The position numbers were made by a program, and so were the translations under genes. The notes under the pieces are model-generated. The model saw only the letters and a program-made list of their open reading frames with translations, did no database searches and was not told the DNA's origin. Of a stretch of 64,000 bases of DNA, positions 9,301-22,349 are shown piece by piece (position 1 is the first letter of the stretch; each line of letters starts with the position of its first letter). Origin of the DNA: Myxococcota bacterium (GTDB taxonomy: Bacteria; Myxococcota_A; UBA9160; UBA4427); NCBI GenBank assembly GCA_965250285.1, contig OZ252299.1, positions 4,928,001 to 4,992,000 of the forward strand. The letters run 5' to 3'.

Positions 9301-10356
9301 ATGCCCGAGACCCCCCCGACTGCATCCGAGCGCTTCTCTCTGGTGTTCGAACGCATCTCGCCGGCCCTCGATCTCGTCGAGCGCGCCATGCGCGAGCAGC
9401 TCCCGAGCAAGGCCGAGCTGATGCCCCTGCTCGGCGACCACGTGATCGCGAGTGGGGGGAAGCGCATCCGCCCCGCGCTGTTGATCCTGGCCGCCGAGCT
9501 GTGCGGCTACACCGGCCCTCGCTCGATTCAGATCGCCGCCGCCATCGAGCTGCTGCACACCGCGACCCTGCTGCACGACGACGTCGTCGACGTCGCCGAC
9601 CTGCGACGCGGGCAGCCCTCGGCCAACGTGATCTGGGGCAACCGCCGTGCCGTGCTCGGGGGTGACTTCTTCTACGCGCGCGCGAGCTCGATGATCGTCG
9701 AAGACGGCGAGATCGACCTCCTCGAGATCTTCTCGCGCACGATTCGGCTGATGGCCGAGGGCGAGCTGCTGCAGCTGCAGGCGAGCTTCGACGCCGGCGT
9801 CACCGAGGCCCACTACTACGACGTGATCGACCGCAAGAGCGCGTCGCTGCTGTCGGCGGCTTGCGAGGCGGGCGCGATCATCGGCGGCGTGACGCGCACC
9901 GAGCGGCGCTGCCTCGCCGAGTTCGGGCGCGAGCTGGGGCTGGCCTTCCAGATCAAGGACGATGCGCTCGACTACGACACGGCGGCCGCCACGCTCGGCA
10001 AGGAGCCCTTCGCCGATCTGCGCGAGGGCAAGGTGACGCTGCCGCTGCTGCTGACGCTCAAGCGCTGCACCCACTCAGAGCGCGACCTCGTGGCGTCGAT
10101 CCTCAAGCAGGCCGCACGCCACGCGAGCGACTCGCTCGAGGGCAAGCAAGCGGGCAGCGAAGGCGAGCCGGTCGCGCCGATCGACTTCACGCCGGTGCTC
10201 GAGCTGATCGAGCGCCACCACGGCATTGCCGACTCGCTGCGGCGCGCCGATGAGCACGTGCATCGCGCCACGCACGCCATCGCGGCCTTCCCCGACGGCT
10301 CCGCGAAGCAGGCCCTGCGCAGCGCGGCGGTCTACGCGGTCTCGCGCGACCGCTGA
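9301..10356 (+). CDS. ispB: Polyprenyl (octaprenyl-like) diphosphate synthase
   Basis: GGKRIRP, HTATLLHDDVVD..RRG, FQIKDDALD, DLREGKVTLP. Confidence 0.85.
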   Translation: MPETPPTASERFSLVFERISPALDLVERAMREQLPSKAELMPLLGDHVIASGGKRIRPALLILAAELCGYTGPRSIQIAAAIELLHTATLLHDDVVDVADLRRGQPSANVIWGNRRAVLGGDFFYARASSMIVEDGEIDLLEIFSRTIRLMAEGELLQLQASFDAGVTEAHYYDVIDRKSASLLSAACEAGAIIGGVTRTERRCLAEFGRELGLAFQIKDDALDYDTAAATLGKEPFADLREGKVTLPLLLTLKRCTHSERDLVASILKQAARHASDSLEGKQAGSEGEPVAPIDFTPVLELIERHHGIADSLRRADEHVHRATHAIAAFPDGSAKQALRSAAVYAVSRDR

Positions 10357-10412
10357 GTCGCGACGCAGATCCGCCGCTCGATCCACCCCCGAGGTCCCGG
10401 GGAATCGAAACG

Positions 10413-10811
10413 ATGAAGCGAAGCAATGCGACGACCGGTCGGACGTTCCGCCCGGCTTCGGCATCGCCCTGGCGCCGCGCGTGTCTGGTGGCCCTGGCCC
10501 TGGTGGCCGTGGCCGCTGCGCCGGCCTCGGCCGTGGGCAAGAGCGGCCCGGCCGGTGTGGTCGTGAACATCAATACGGCGACAGCCGAAGAGCTGCAGGC
10601 CCTGCCGGGCATCGGCACCGCGCGCGCCGACGCGATCGTGGCGCTGCGCAAGGAGCGCGGTGCCTTTCGCAGCGTCGACGAGCTGCTCGAAGTGCGCGGC
10701 GTCGGGCCCGCCATGCTCGACCGCATGCGCAAGAACGTCGCGCTGAGTGGCCCGACGCGTCTCGGCGGCTCGGGTGCAAAGTCGACGCCCGCCAAGAAGG
10801 GCGGGCGCTGA
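10413..10811 (+). CDS. comEA: ComEA-family helix-hairpin-helix DNA-binding protein
   Basis: Signal peptide, then VNINTATAEELQALPGIG..A.AIV..R...G.F.SVDELLEVRGVG. Confidence 0.88.
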   Translation: MKRSNATTGRTFRPASASPWRRACLVALALVAVAAAPASAVGKSGPAGVVVNINTATAEELQALPGIGTARADAIVALRKERGAFRSVDELLEVRGVGPAMLDRMRKNVALSGPTRLGGSGAKSTPAKKGGR

Positions 10812-10926
10812 GCGCGGATCGCCCGCGCAAACGGCTCGAAAAGGGCGCCGCCGTCCACCGAGGCGGCGGCGTCCGAAAGGCTAGTCTCGCGCCGTGCCCG
10901 ATTTCTCGAGACAGCGCGTGGCGGCC

Positions 10927-11865
10927 ATGAGGCCTGATTCGGGCCGCCCGTTGGCGCAGGCGCCTGTCCGCCCGCGTGGCCTCGCGTTTGTCGTGCTCGC
11001 GACGCTCGGCCTCACTCTCGGGTTGCTCGCACCGTGCGCGGCTTGGGCCGAGGCACCCGGCGAGCTGCGGCGGGTGGTCTCACTGAATCCATCGCTCACC
11101 GCGATCACGATGACGCTCGGCGCCGAGGATCGGCTGGTCGCGATCGACGACTACTCGGCGAAGCTCCGGCCCGAGCTCGACACGTTGCCCCGCGTGGGCG
11201 GTCTGCACTCACCGAACCTCGAGGCCGTGGTCGCCCTCGAGCCCGACGCGGTGATGCTCGTGCCGAGCGTCGCGCAGAAGGATTTTCGCGCGCGGCTCGA
11301 GGCGCTGGGCGTGCGCGTCGAGGTGTTCGACAACACGCGCTTCGATCAGGTGCTCGAGAACATCGAGCGCCTCGGTCGTCTGCTCGGCCGCGAGACCGAG
11401 GCCCAGGCACGCATCGCCGCGATCGACCGGGCACGCAAACAGGCGACCGAGGTCGGTGCGCTCCACGATGCGCCGAGCGTCGTACTCGTGATCCAACGCG
11501 AGCCGCTCTACGTGGTCGGGCGCGACAGCTTCATGGCCGAGATGCTCGCGATGCTCGGTGCCCGCAATCTCGGCGATGCCTTCGACAGCCCGTATCCCCG
11601 CGTCGACGTCGAATGGCTGGTGGCGGCCGGGCCCGATGTGGTGATCGAGTTCGCCGACGACGCACAGGAGGTGCTCGCCTATTGGCGGGGCTTCGCAAGC
11701 CTGCCGGCGGTGAAGATGGAGCGCGTCTACAGGTTGCCGCCGGGCTCGATCAGCCTGCCGGGCCCCGATCTCGACCTCGCGCTGGTGCGCCTCGCGCGCG
11801 TGCTCTACGGCGAGCCGGCGGCGCGCGCGGTCGCGCGTACGCCGCCCGAAGGTCCGACGCCGTGA
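10927..11865 (+). CDS. Helical-backbone metal/cobalamin ABC substrate-binding protein (BtuF-like)
   Basis: RVVSLNPSLT, VGG..SPNLEAVVALEPD, YPRVDVE; start codon uncertain. Confidence 0.8.
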   Translation: MRPDSGRPLAQAPVRPRGLAFVVLATLGLTLGLLAPCAAWAEAPGELRRVVSLNPSLTAITMTLGAEDRLVAIDDYSAKLRPELDTLPRVGGLHSPNLEAVVALEPDAVMLVPSVAQKDFRARLEALGVRVEVFDNTRFDQVLENIERLGRLLGRETEAQARIAAIDRARKQATEVGALHDAPSVVLVIQREPLYVVGRDSFMAEMLAMLGARNLGDAFDSPYPRVDVEWLVAAGPDVVIEFADDAQEVLAYWRGFASLPAVKMERVYRLPPGSISLPGPDLDLALVRLARVLYGEPAARAVARTPPEGPTP

Positions 11866-11944
11866 CGCCGCTTCGGGGTCCTGGTGCTGTGCGGGGGGGT
11901 GCCATGCGGTGGCAGGCATCTCGAGTGTTCGGGGGTGCGCTGCG

Positions 11945-12969
11945 ATGAAGCCGCTCGCGTCGCTGACGCTCGCGCGCTTCGTCTTCGTCACGGGCTCGCT
12001 GGCGCTGTTCGCCGTGTTCGCGGCGGCGGTCGGTCTGCTCGCCGGCTCGAGCGGTTTGTCGCCCGACGAGGTGCTCGCTGCGCTCTCGCCGGGCGCGGAC
12101 GGCGCGGCCGCCGACATCGTGCGGGGCATCCGCCTGCCGCGGGTCGTGCTGGCGCTGCTCGTGGGCGCCTGCCTCGCGGTGTCGGGCGTCGTCTTCCAGG
12201 CGCTGCTGCGCAACCCGCTGGCCGACCCGTACATCCTCGGCATCTCGGGGGGGGCGGCGCTCGCGGGCATCGCGGTGCTCTCGCTCGGTGGGCTCGTCGG
12301 TCTCGGCATGAGCGCGGTGCCGCCGGTCGCCTTCGCCGGCGGGTGCGCCGCGACGGCGCTCCTCTATCTCTTCGGCGGCTTCGGTGCCCGCTTCTCGCCG
12401 ACGCATCTGCTTCTGACCGGCGTCGTCTTCAACGCCATCTCGAGCGCGGCGATCGTCTTTCTCGCATCGGCCTCGGGCCTGATGGAGAGCGCGCGCATCT
12501 TCGTCTGGCTGATCGGCGGCCTGGCTTCGACGCGGGTGGCGCTGATCGGCTGGGTCGCACTGTTCCTCGTGGTCGGCCTCGGTGTGGCGATGCTGCTCGC
12601 CCGATCTCTCGACATGCTCGCGCTGGGCGATGACACCGCGCTTCAGCTCGGCGTCGACGTCGAGCGTCACAAGCGCTGGCTGCTCGGTGCGACCGCCTTG
12701 ATGGTCGCCGCGGCGGTCTCGGTCTCGGGCTTGATCGGCTTCGTCGGTCTGATCGTGCCCCATCTGCTGCGTCTGCTGATCGGCAGCGAGCATCGCCTGC
12801 TCGTGCCCGCCGCCGCGCTCGGTGGGGGCGCCTTTCTGTGTCTCTGTGACACCCTCGCGCGCACCCTGCTCGATGGGCGCGAGCTGCCGGTCGGCGCGAT
12901 CACCGCGCTGGTTGGCGGACCCTTCTTTCTCTTTCTCCTCCGCACGAGCCAGCGCCGGGTGTTCTCGTC

Positions 12970-12973
<4 letters not shown>
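11945..12973 (+). CDS. FecCD/BtuC-family ABC permease
   Basis: IRLPRVVLA, QALLRNPLADPYILGISGGA, GLIGFVGLIVPH, ELPVGAIT. Confidence 0.92.
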
Positions 12974-16215
<3,242 letters not shown>

Positions 16216-16446
16216 CGACGGGTCGCCCGTCCCGACCGCAGCGGCGATCTCTCAGACTCTGAGGGGGTCCCCCCACCGATGGTGGAAAAATCGGGGAATG
16301 GGTGAATCCGTCCTCATGAAAATTTCTGCGTCTGCCGAAGAAGATCCCTGTCAAGCATCACTCACCCGCGCAGCGGGACGTCGGAGCCGCAGGGGGCGGC
16401 GGCCGGGGTCACCGAAGCGCGCGAATGATCCAGGGGGGATGGAACG

Positions 16447-17052
16447 ATGGGCAACCCGCAGCGACTGAACGTGCTCGTGGTCGATCCGGAAGAGGAGTCG
16501 AGCCTGCAGCTCAAGCAGGCGCTCACCGACGAGGGCTACCAGGTGCTGAGCCTGTCCGACCCCGGCCAGGCGGCCGATGAGGTTCGCACCGGCACGCATC
16601 AGCTCGTCATCATCGACGTGTCGCCGGGCAACCCGACGGGCTTCGAAGCGCTGAAGGTCGTGCGCGGGATCGATACCGACCTCTGCGTGATCGCCACGAC
16701 GTCGATGCCGACGGTCGAGATGGCGGTGACGACGATGAAGCATCAGGCCTTCCACTACCTGCAGAAGCCGATCGATGACGACGAGCTTCGCGCGGTGCTG
16801 AAGGAGGCCATCAAGGAGAAGGGTCTGCTGGTCGACCTCGAGACGCGGCTCAATGCCGAGGTCGGTCGCCGCATTCGCGAGCGACGCCACGCGCAGCCGC
16901 TCACGCTGAAGCAGCTCGCGAACCGCACGGGTCTGTCGGTGAGCCTGATCTCGCAGATCGAGCTCGGCAAGAGCGCGGCCTCGATGTCGACGCTGCACAA
17001 GCTCTCGACTGCGCTCGGTGTGCCGATGACCTACTTCTTCGAAACGGTCTGA
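16447..17052 (+). CDS. Response regulator with C-terminal XRE/HTH_3 domain
   Basis: REC domain (VLVVD, LVIID, YLQKP) followed by IRERR..LTLKQLANRTGLSVSLISQIELG. Confidence 0.88.
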   Translation: MGNPQRLNVLVVDPEEESSLQLKQALTDEGYQVLSLSDPGQAADEVRTGTHQLVIIDVSPGNPTGFEALKVVRGIDTDLCVIATTSMPTVEMAVTTMKHQAFHYLQKPIDDDELRAVLKEAIKEKGLLVDLETRLNAEVGRRIRERRHAQPLTLKQLANRTGLSVSLISQIELGKSAASMSTLHKLSTALGVPMTYFFETV

Positions 17053-17154
17053 ACGACGCACACACCGCCGAGAAACGGCGCAGCCCCCAGCGCTCGACTC
17101 GGCCGCATCGAACGACACGCGGGCGAATGACTTCGGTCATTCGCCCGCTTTGTT

Positions 17155-17190
17155 TTGGAAGGGGTGAAGCGCTTGGAAGGGGTGAAGCGC
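17155..17190. repeat. 18-bp direct repeat, 2 copies, just downstream of the usp stop
   Basis: TTGGAAGGGGTGAAGCGC twice. Confidence 0.8.
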
Positions 17191-17192
17191 GA

Positions 17193-17639
17193 TCAGTGCG
17201 CGGTCTTCACCGTCAACACCGGGCAGTGTGCATGGTGCACGACGTAGTCGGTGATGCGGCCCTGCAGCAGATCGCGAATGCGGTGTCGGCCGGCGGCGCC
17301 GATCACGATCATGTCTGCGTGTACGCGCTCGGCCTCTTCGAGCGTGACCTGGGCGGGCAGGCCCTCGCGCGCGATCTCATCGACATCCAGCCCGGCCCGG
17401 CGAACACGGTCGCCGTAGGGGTGCAGCCCACGCTCGGCCTCGATGCGCACCTCGGACCAGAACGGATCGGGGATGTACGCGCCTTCGATCTGCTGAAGCT
17501 CGACGGGCAGGTGGTAGGCGTGCACGAGCACGACTTCGCCGCGGTGCTCTTCGGCGAGGCGAATGCCCCAGTCGACGATCTCGAAGCCGCGCTGCGAGAG
17601 GTCGATCGGGCAGAGGATGCGTTTGACCGACGGATCCAC
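17193..17639 (-). CDS. Universal stress protein (UspA family)
   Basis: KRILCPIDLS...ADMIVIG..G......LQGRITDYVVHHAHCPVLTV; GTG start inferred. Confidence 0.88.
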   Translation of the reverse strand: MDPSVKRILCPIDLSQRGFEIVDWGIRLAEEHRGEVVLVHAYHLPVELQQIEGAYIPDPFWSEVRIEAERGLHPYGDRVRRAGLDVDEIAREGLPAQVTLEEAERVHADMIVIGAAGRHRIRDLLQGRITDYVVHHAHCPVLTVKTAH

Positions 17640-17796
17640 GCCGAAATCGTGCAAGCTCGAGCGCGCGGTGTAAAGGAAGAATGCGGGCACGACCGCCGTC
17701 GTCCGGTCGAATGCAGGCAAGCGGCAGCTGCGACGCAGCTGCGCCCCGATTCGACCGAGGGCCGCGCCCGGCCCTCGCCCCCCGGGCCTTCAGGGA

Positions 17797-17825
17797 TTGA
17801 CGCTCCCGAGGCCTCGCCCTACTTT
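17797..17825 (+). promoter_or_regulatory. sigma70-type promoter upstream of the tRNA
   Basis: TTGACG-N17-TACTTT. Confidence 0.6.
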
Positions 17826-17973
17826 GCCGAGCCTCGCGCAAGCGAGTCCGCCTCTCTGCGGTGTGGGCCCCACCCTGCACCTCCCGCGCGCGTCCAGTGC
17901 GCCCGGGCCACCGAGACCCCCCGAGTCGAGCTCGAACGGGTTGCGGTGCGAGCTTGGAGAGACGAAGGGTTCT

Positions 17974-18049
17974 GGGGCCGTAGCTCAGCTGGGAGAGCGA
18001 CGCGTTCGCAACGCGTAGGTCGGCGGTTCGATCCCGCTCGGCTCCACCA
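17974..18049 (+). tRNA. tRNA-Ala (anticodon CGC)
   Basis: GGGGCCG/CGGCTCC acceptor stem with G3-U70, D-arm GCTC/GAGC, anticodon arm ACGCG-TT-CGC-AA-CGCGT, TTCGATC T-loop, encoded CCA; 76 nt. Confidence 0.97.
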
Positions 18050-18118
18050 CCCCTTCCCTATCCCCGACCGATCCCGCTCGGCTCCCCCCCGCTTCCCCGA
18101 CCGACCCCGTTCGTGTCC
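18030..18118 (+). repeat. Degenerate tandem copies of the tRNA 3' end
   Basis: GATCCCGCTCGGCTCC at 18030 and 18070; degenerate GACCCCGTTCGTGTCC at 18103. Confidence 0.8.
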
Positions 18119-18136
18119 GGATCGCCGCCGCGCGGA

Positions 18137-18901
18137 TCAGCGAAGCGTGAGCGCGACGAGTGTGGCGATCGAGCCGATCGCCAGGCTGCCATCCATCCAC
18201 CACAGGCGAGTGCGTTCGCTCGGAGCCGAGTGGGCAAGGCCGATCGCCTGGGCTGCGGGCACGAACGCGAGCGACCTGGCTTCGGGCGCGCCCGAGAGCG
18301 CGAGCCCGAAGCCGGTCACGGCCGCCGCTCGCGCGATCCAGAGCGCTCGCGAAGGGCCACGCGGCGAGTTCGACGCGAGCAGATTGGCGAAGAGCGCGAG
18401 TGCGGTGGCGGCGCTCACCGTCGCGAGTGTCCGGGGGGCGACCTGGCTCGTCGGCAACACCGCGGGCAGACCGACGACAACGGCCCACCACGCCGCGGTG
18501 AGGTACGCGATCTTGAACGCCGGCCGCGTCTTGAGCCGGCGATGAAAGAAGCCCAGAACGGCGACCGCCGCGCACACCCCCCACACGATCGGGGGTTGCA
18601 GCCAGGCGCAGCCGACGGCAGCGAGTGCCGCGCCGCCGATCGCGACACGAAGCGCGCGGGCGTGTCGTTCGGCGAAGGCGGCGCGCTCGGGCCAGACGCT
18701 GCGGTCGCGTGCCGCGCCCCGCACCCGGTCGGTGCCGTACACGACGAAGGTGCCCGAACACGCGAGCCCGATCAGCGCGGCGGCGCTCGTCGCGTCGGTC
18801 GCGGGGGCGAGCAGCCGCAGGTGGACCGTGACGAGCAGGCCGGCGACGCCGGCGGCGACGAGGCCAGAGAAGGCAAGCGGATCGAGGAGCGCGGCGCGCA
18901 T
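18137..18901 (-). CDS. Polytopic membrane protein, possibly UbiA-like prenyltransferase
   Basis: Several TM helices; VYGTDR....RD segment resembles the first UbiA Asp motif; GGAG RBS. Confidence 0.55.
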   Translation of the reverse strand: MRAALLDPLAFSGLVAAGVAGLLVTVHLRLLAPATDATSAAALIGLACSGTFVVYGTDRVRGAARDRSVWPERAAFAERHARALRVAIGGAALAAVGCAWLQPPIVWGVCAAVAVLGFFHRRLKTRPAFKIAYLTAAWWAVVVGLPAVLPTSQVAPRTLATVSAATALALFANLLASNSPRGPSRALWIARAAAVTGFGLALSGAPEARSLAFVPAAQAIGLAHSAPSERTRLWWMDGSLAIGSIATLVALTLR

Positions 18902-19018
18902 CGGGGCGTCTCCTCGAGCGCGGGGCACATGGGAGGCGGTGAGAGAATACGACCCGATCGAAGCGGCGCTAGGCTGTCGGGATGTGACCGGGCCCGAGCC
19001 CGGCGGTGAGGCCAGGGC

Positions 19019-19240
19019 ATGTGGGTATCGAAGGTCAGTGAGCTGATCGGTTCGTCGACCGAGAGCTTCGAAGACGCGGCGGCGAGCGTGCTCGCGCGTG
19101 CGAACCGCACACTGCGCGGCATCACTGGCATCGAGGTGACGTCGAAGAGGCTGAAGGTCGTGGACGGCGAGATCGCCGAGTACCGTGTCCAGATTCGGCT
19201 GCTCTTCGACGTCGCGACGCAGGCCGACCAGCACTGGTAG
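19019..19240 (+). CDS. Dodecin family protein 1
   Basis: KVSELIGSSTESFEDA....A..TLRGI...EV......DGEI.EYRV....F; 73 aa. Confidence 0.85.
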   Translation: MWVSKVSELIGSSTESFEDAAASVLARANRTLRGITGIEVTSKRLKVVDGEIAEYRVQIRLLFDVATQADQHW

Positions 19241-19308
19241 CGCGCTGCGTTCTGGCCTCGGGCCTTGGGCACGCTGCGCCGTGCCGATGAAAGGGAGAGG
19301 AAAGCCGG

Positions 19309-19518
19309 ATGGCGGTGGCATCGGTCTCGACGATCACGTCGGCTTCGCCCGAGAGCTGGCAGCACGCGGTGGAGCAGGGGCTCGCGCGCGCGCGGCAGAC
19401 CCTGCGCGGCATCACCGGCATCAAGGTGATCGACGAGCGCGCTCGAGTCGATGACGGCGAGATCGTCGAGTTCCTCGTGACCCTCCAGGTGATTTTCCTG
19501 CTGGAAGATGACGACTGA
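19309..19518 (+). CDS. Dodecin family protein 2
   Basis: SPESWQHAVEQGL.RA.QTLRGITG..V......DDGEI.EF.VTL...F; 69 aa; GGAGAGG RBS. Confidence 0.82.
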   Translation: MAVASVSTITSASPESWQHAVEQGLARARQTLRGITGIKVIDERARVDDGEIVEFLVTLQVIFLLEDDD

Positions 19519-20617
19519 AGCGCCCGCGATCCGCACGTCGCCCGCCGTCGTCACGGCCGGCGACAGCCGTGCCGCCAAGGCGATCCACGGCGAGAGCAAG
19601 GTGTTCCTCGAGATCGAGGGCATCGCGCTGGTCGCTCACGTCGTGCTCACGCTGCAGCAGGTGCCCGAGATCGACTCGGTCTGGGTCGTGGGCAATCGCG
19701 AACGGTTGCGCGCCGTCTTCGATGATCCGCGCGTCGCCGAGCGCCTGACCAAGCCGCTGCATCTGATCGAACAGCTCGAGAGTCTGCTCGCGAACGCCTG
19801 GGAGGCGTATCGCTGCGTGCTGTCTGGGGACCCGGCACAGGGGCGCGACCCCGTGAGCGAAGCCGATCTCGACACCGAGGTGCTCTTTCTCTCGGGCGAC
19901 CTGCCCTTCGCCACGCCGCAGGAGATCTCGGCCTTCATCCAGACGAGCCGCACCAACGGCTCGAACTACACCTGCGGTCTCACCACCAAAGAGGCACTGG
20001 CGCCCTTTCGAAGCGAAGAGGTCGGGGGCGACGGCATCGATGTCGCGTTCTTCAACCTGCGCGACGGGCGCTTTCGCCAGAACAACCTGCACTACGCCCA
20101 GCCGGCGCGGATCGGCGTGCTGCAAGCGATCGAAGAGATGTACGAGCATCGCTACCAGCAGAAGGTCTGGAACATGCTCGGCTTCGCGTGGACGGTGCTC
20201 ACCGCCAAGGGCGGTGGCTTTCGAGTCGTCTTCTTCTATTCGGTGATGCACATGTCGGGCTGGTTCGATCGCAAGGGTCTACGCGGCATCGCCGACGCGC
20301 TGCGTGTCGTCACCATCGCCATGAACGAGGAGGCGATCAGCGCGATGATGCAGACGCGCTTTCGTTTCGGCGTGACGCAGGTCGGCGGCTGTGGCATCGA
20401 CATCGACACCGAGGAAGAGTACGCGGCGGCGCAGAACCACTTCGAGCGCTGGCGCCGCGAGCAGGCCGAGATCACGGCCGCGACCTACGGCCCGCCAGGG
20501 CTCCCTGCTCGCATCGATGGCGCGCCGCAGGCGGTGACGGCGAGCAGGACCGACGAGGCCGTCGGTGGCATCGAAGCTCGGGCGCCCGATGATGAGGGCC
20601 GCGGAGGACGAGCATGA
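19508..20617 (+). CDS. Nucleotidyltransferase-like (MobA/NTP_transf_3, GT-A fold) protein
   Basis: VVTAG....K.FLEI.G..LVAHV, LSGDLPF, DIDTEEEY. Confidence 0.7.
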   Translation: MTTEAPAIRTSPAVVTAGDSRAAKAIHGESKVFLEIEGIALVAHVVLTLQQVPEIDSVWVVGNRERLRAVFDDPRVAERLTKPLHLIEQLESLLANAWEAYRCVLSGDPAQGRDPVSEADLDTEVLFLSGDLPFATPQEISAFIQTSRTNGSNYTCGLTTKEALAPFRSEEVGGDGIDVAFFNLRDGRFRQNNLHYAQPARIGVLQAIEEMYEHRYQQKVWNMLGFAWTVLTAKGGGFRVVFFYSVMHMSGWFDRKGLRGIADALRVVTIAMNEEAISAMMQTRFRFGVTQVGGCGIDIDTEEEYAAAQNHFERWRREQAEITAATYGPPGLPARIDGAPQAVTASRTDEAVGGIEARAPDDEGRGGRA

Positions 20618-21630
20618 GCGCGAGCGAAACCCAGGGCGGAGATCCCCGAGCGACGGCGGGCCTGTTTCGCCTGGCGCATGCGGGGCTCGTCGAGGTCAGC
20701 GGTGACGACCGCGCGACCTGGCTCAACGGCATGATCAGCAACGAGGTCGAGGCCCTCACCCTCGGCCGATCGGGTTCGGGCTGTCATGCGGCGCTGCTGA
20801 CCAATCGCGGCGCCATCATCGCCGATCTACGCGTCGTGCTGCGCGAGGACGGCTTCTGGCTGCTCGTCGAACGCGACGCCCTCGAGGCGGCGCTCACGGC
20901 CCTCGACAAGTTCATCGTCGCCGACGACGTGGCGCTCGCCGACGCGAGCGCCCGCTACGTCCAGTGGAGCCTCGAGGGGCCGGCGGGCGCGGCGGTGCTC
21001 GACGCGGTCGGGGTCGACTCGACGCTCGAGGCCGATGCCGCCATCGATGTCACGATCGCCGGTGTCTCGGTGACGCTGGTCGCCACCGGCGTGTCGGGCG
21101 AGTGGGCCCGTCGTCTGATTGCGCCCGTCGACGGGGCCGATGCCGTCGAAGCCGCTCTGCGCGAGGCCGGCGGAGCCCATGGGCTCGTGGTCGGCGATCC
21201 CGACACGCTCGAGATGCTGCGGATCGAGGCCGGCACACCGCGCCAGGGGCTCGAGCTCGACGACGTCCTGCCTGACGAGGCGCGACTCGATTCGGCGATC
21301 TCGACGACCAAGGGCTGCTACGTCGGTCAGGAGATCGTTGCGCGTCTTCGCTCGCGGGGGCAGGTCAACCATCTGCTGGTCGGGTTGCGTTTCGACGGCG
21401 CCGCGCCCGCGGTGGGCGCGACGCTGACGGCGGGCGACAAGCGCACGGGTGAGATCACGAGCGTGGCGCGCTCGCCCCGTGTGGGTGAGATCGCGCTCGG
21501 CTTCGTGCGACGTGAACACAGCGAGCCCGGCACCCGCGTCGACGCGGACGGCCTCGAAGGCATCGTGTCGACATTGCCCTTCGTCGCGCCGGCCCACGCC
21601 GGCTCATCCGCGGGCGAGCGCGCCGATTGA
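20614..21630 (+). CDS. ygfZ: Folate-binding YgfZ / GcvT-like protein
   Basis: KGCYVGQE signature; GcvT-like N- and C-terminal regions. Confidence 0.88.
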   Translation: MSASETQGGDPRATAGLFRLAHAGLVEVSGDDRATWLNGMISNEVEALTLGRSGSGCHAALLTNRGAIIADLRVVLREDGFWLLVERDALEAALTALDKFIVADDVALADASARYVQWSLEGPAGAAVLDAVGVDSTLEADAAIDVTIAGVSVTLVATGVSGEWARRLIAPVDGADAVEAALREAGGAHGLVVGDPDTLEMLRIEAGTPRQGLELDDVLPDEARLDSAISTTKGCYVGQEIVARLRSRGQVNHLLVGLRFDGAAPAVGATLTAGDKRTGEITSVARSPRVGEIALGFVRREHSEPGTRVDADGLEGIVSTLPFVAPAHAGSSAGERAD

Positions 21631-22349
21631 CCGGCGTGGGCCCGGCCTCGCGCGGTGCGTTGATCGTGCTCGCGAAGGCGCCGCGTCCGGGGCTCGTCAA
21701 GACGCGGATGTGTCCACCGCTCACGCCCGAGCAAGCCGCCGACTTCTACGCCTGCATGCTCGAGGACGTGTTGGCTGCGAGCCTCGTGCACGCGCGCGCG
21801 CTCGGGCTCGAGCCCTGGCTTGCCGTTCATCCGACCGATGCGCTCGGCGAGATGGCCGATCGCGCGCCGGGCTCGTTTCGGGTCTTTCGCCAGCGCGGAG
21901 AGGATCTCGCGGTGCGCATGGATTGGGTGACTCGCGAAGCCTGCGCATCGGGCTGCGAGCGCGTGATCCTGCGCGGGAGCGACAACCCGACGCTCGATCT
22001 CGAACAGGTGCGCGAAACGCTTGGCCTGCTCGATCGACACGACGTCGTGTTGACACCGGATCGTGACGGTGGGTACGGCATGATCGGGCTCCGACAGCCC
22101 GACCCCGGGCTCTTCGAACATGAAATGAGCTCGAATCGTCTGTTGGACGAGACGGTCAACGCCGCGCGCGCCCGTGGCCTCGACGTCGCCCTGGGCGCGA
22201 CGGGATTCGACCTCGATTCGATCGAAGATTTCGCGCTGCTCGATGACTGGAGGCAGGTGCGCGACGAGACGCACATGTGTGCGAGAACCGTCGCCTGGAT
22301 CGAAGAACATGCGCTGTGGCCGGCCCGTTCGGGTCGAATCAGAACTTAG
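21627..22349 (+). CDS. TIGR04282/DUF2064-type glycosyltransferase (CofC-like fold)
   Basis: AKAPRPGLVKTR, QRGEDL..RM, GSD.P.L, VL.P..DGGY.MIG, DLD..ED. Confidence 0.85.
   Translation: MTGVGPASRGALIVLAKAPRPGLVKTRMCPPLTPEQAADFYACMLEDVLAASLVHARALGLEPWLAVHPTDALGEMADRAPGSFRVFRQRGEDLAVRMDWVTREACASGCERVILRGSDNPTLDLEQVRETLGLLDRHDVVLTPDRDGGYGMIGLRQPDPGLFEHEMSSNRLLDETVNAARARGLDVALGATGFDLDSIEDFALLDDWRQVRDETHMCARTVAWIEEHALWPARSGRIRT

Noticed and set aside
10812..10926. Cobalamin riboswitch before the Btu-like ABC genes
   Set aside because: Gap is short and shows no B12-box or GGGAA core; the substrate is left unassigned
18030..18118. attL/attR of an element integrated at tRNA-Ala
   Set aside because: Copies are only about 40 bp apart, no integrase is nearby and no distant copy was seen; at most a scar
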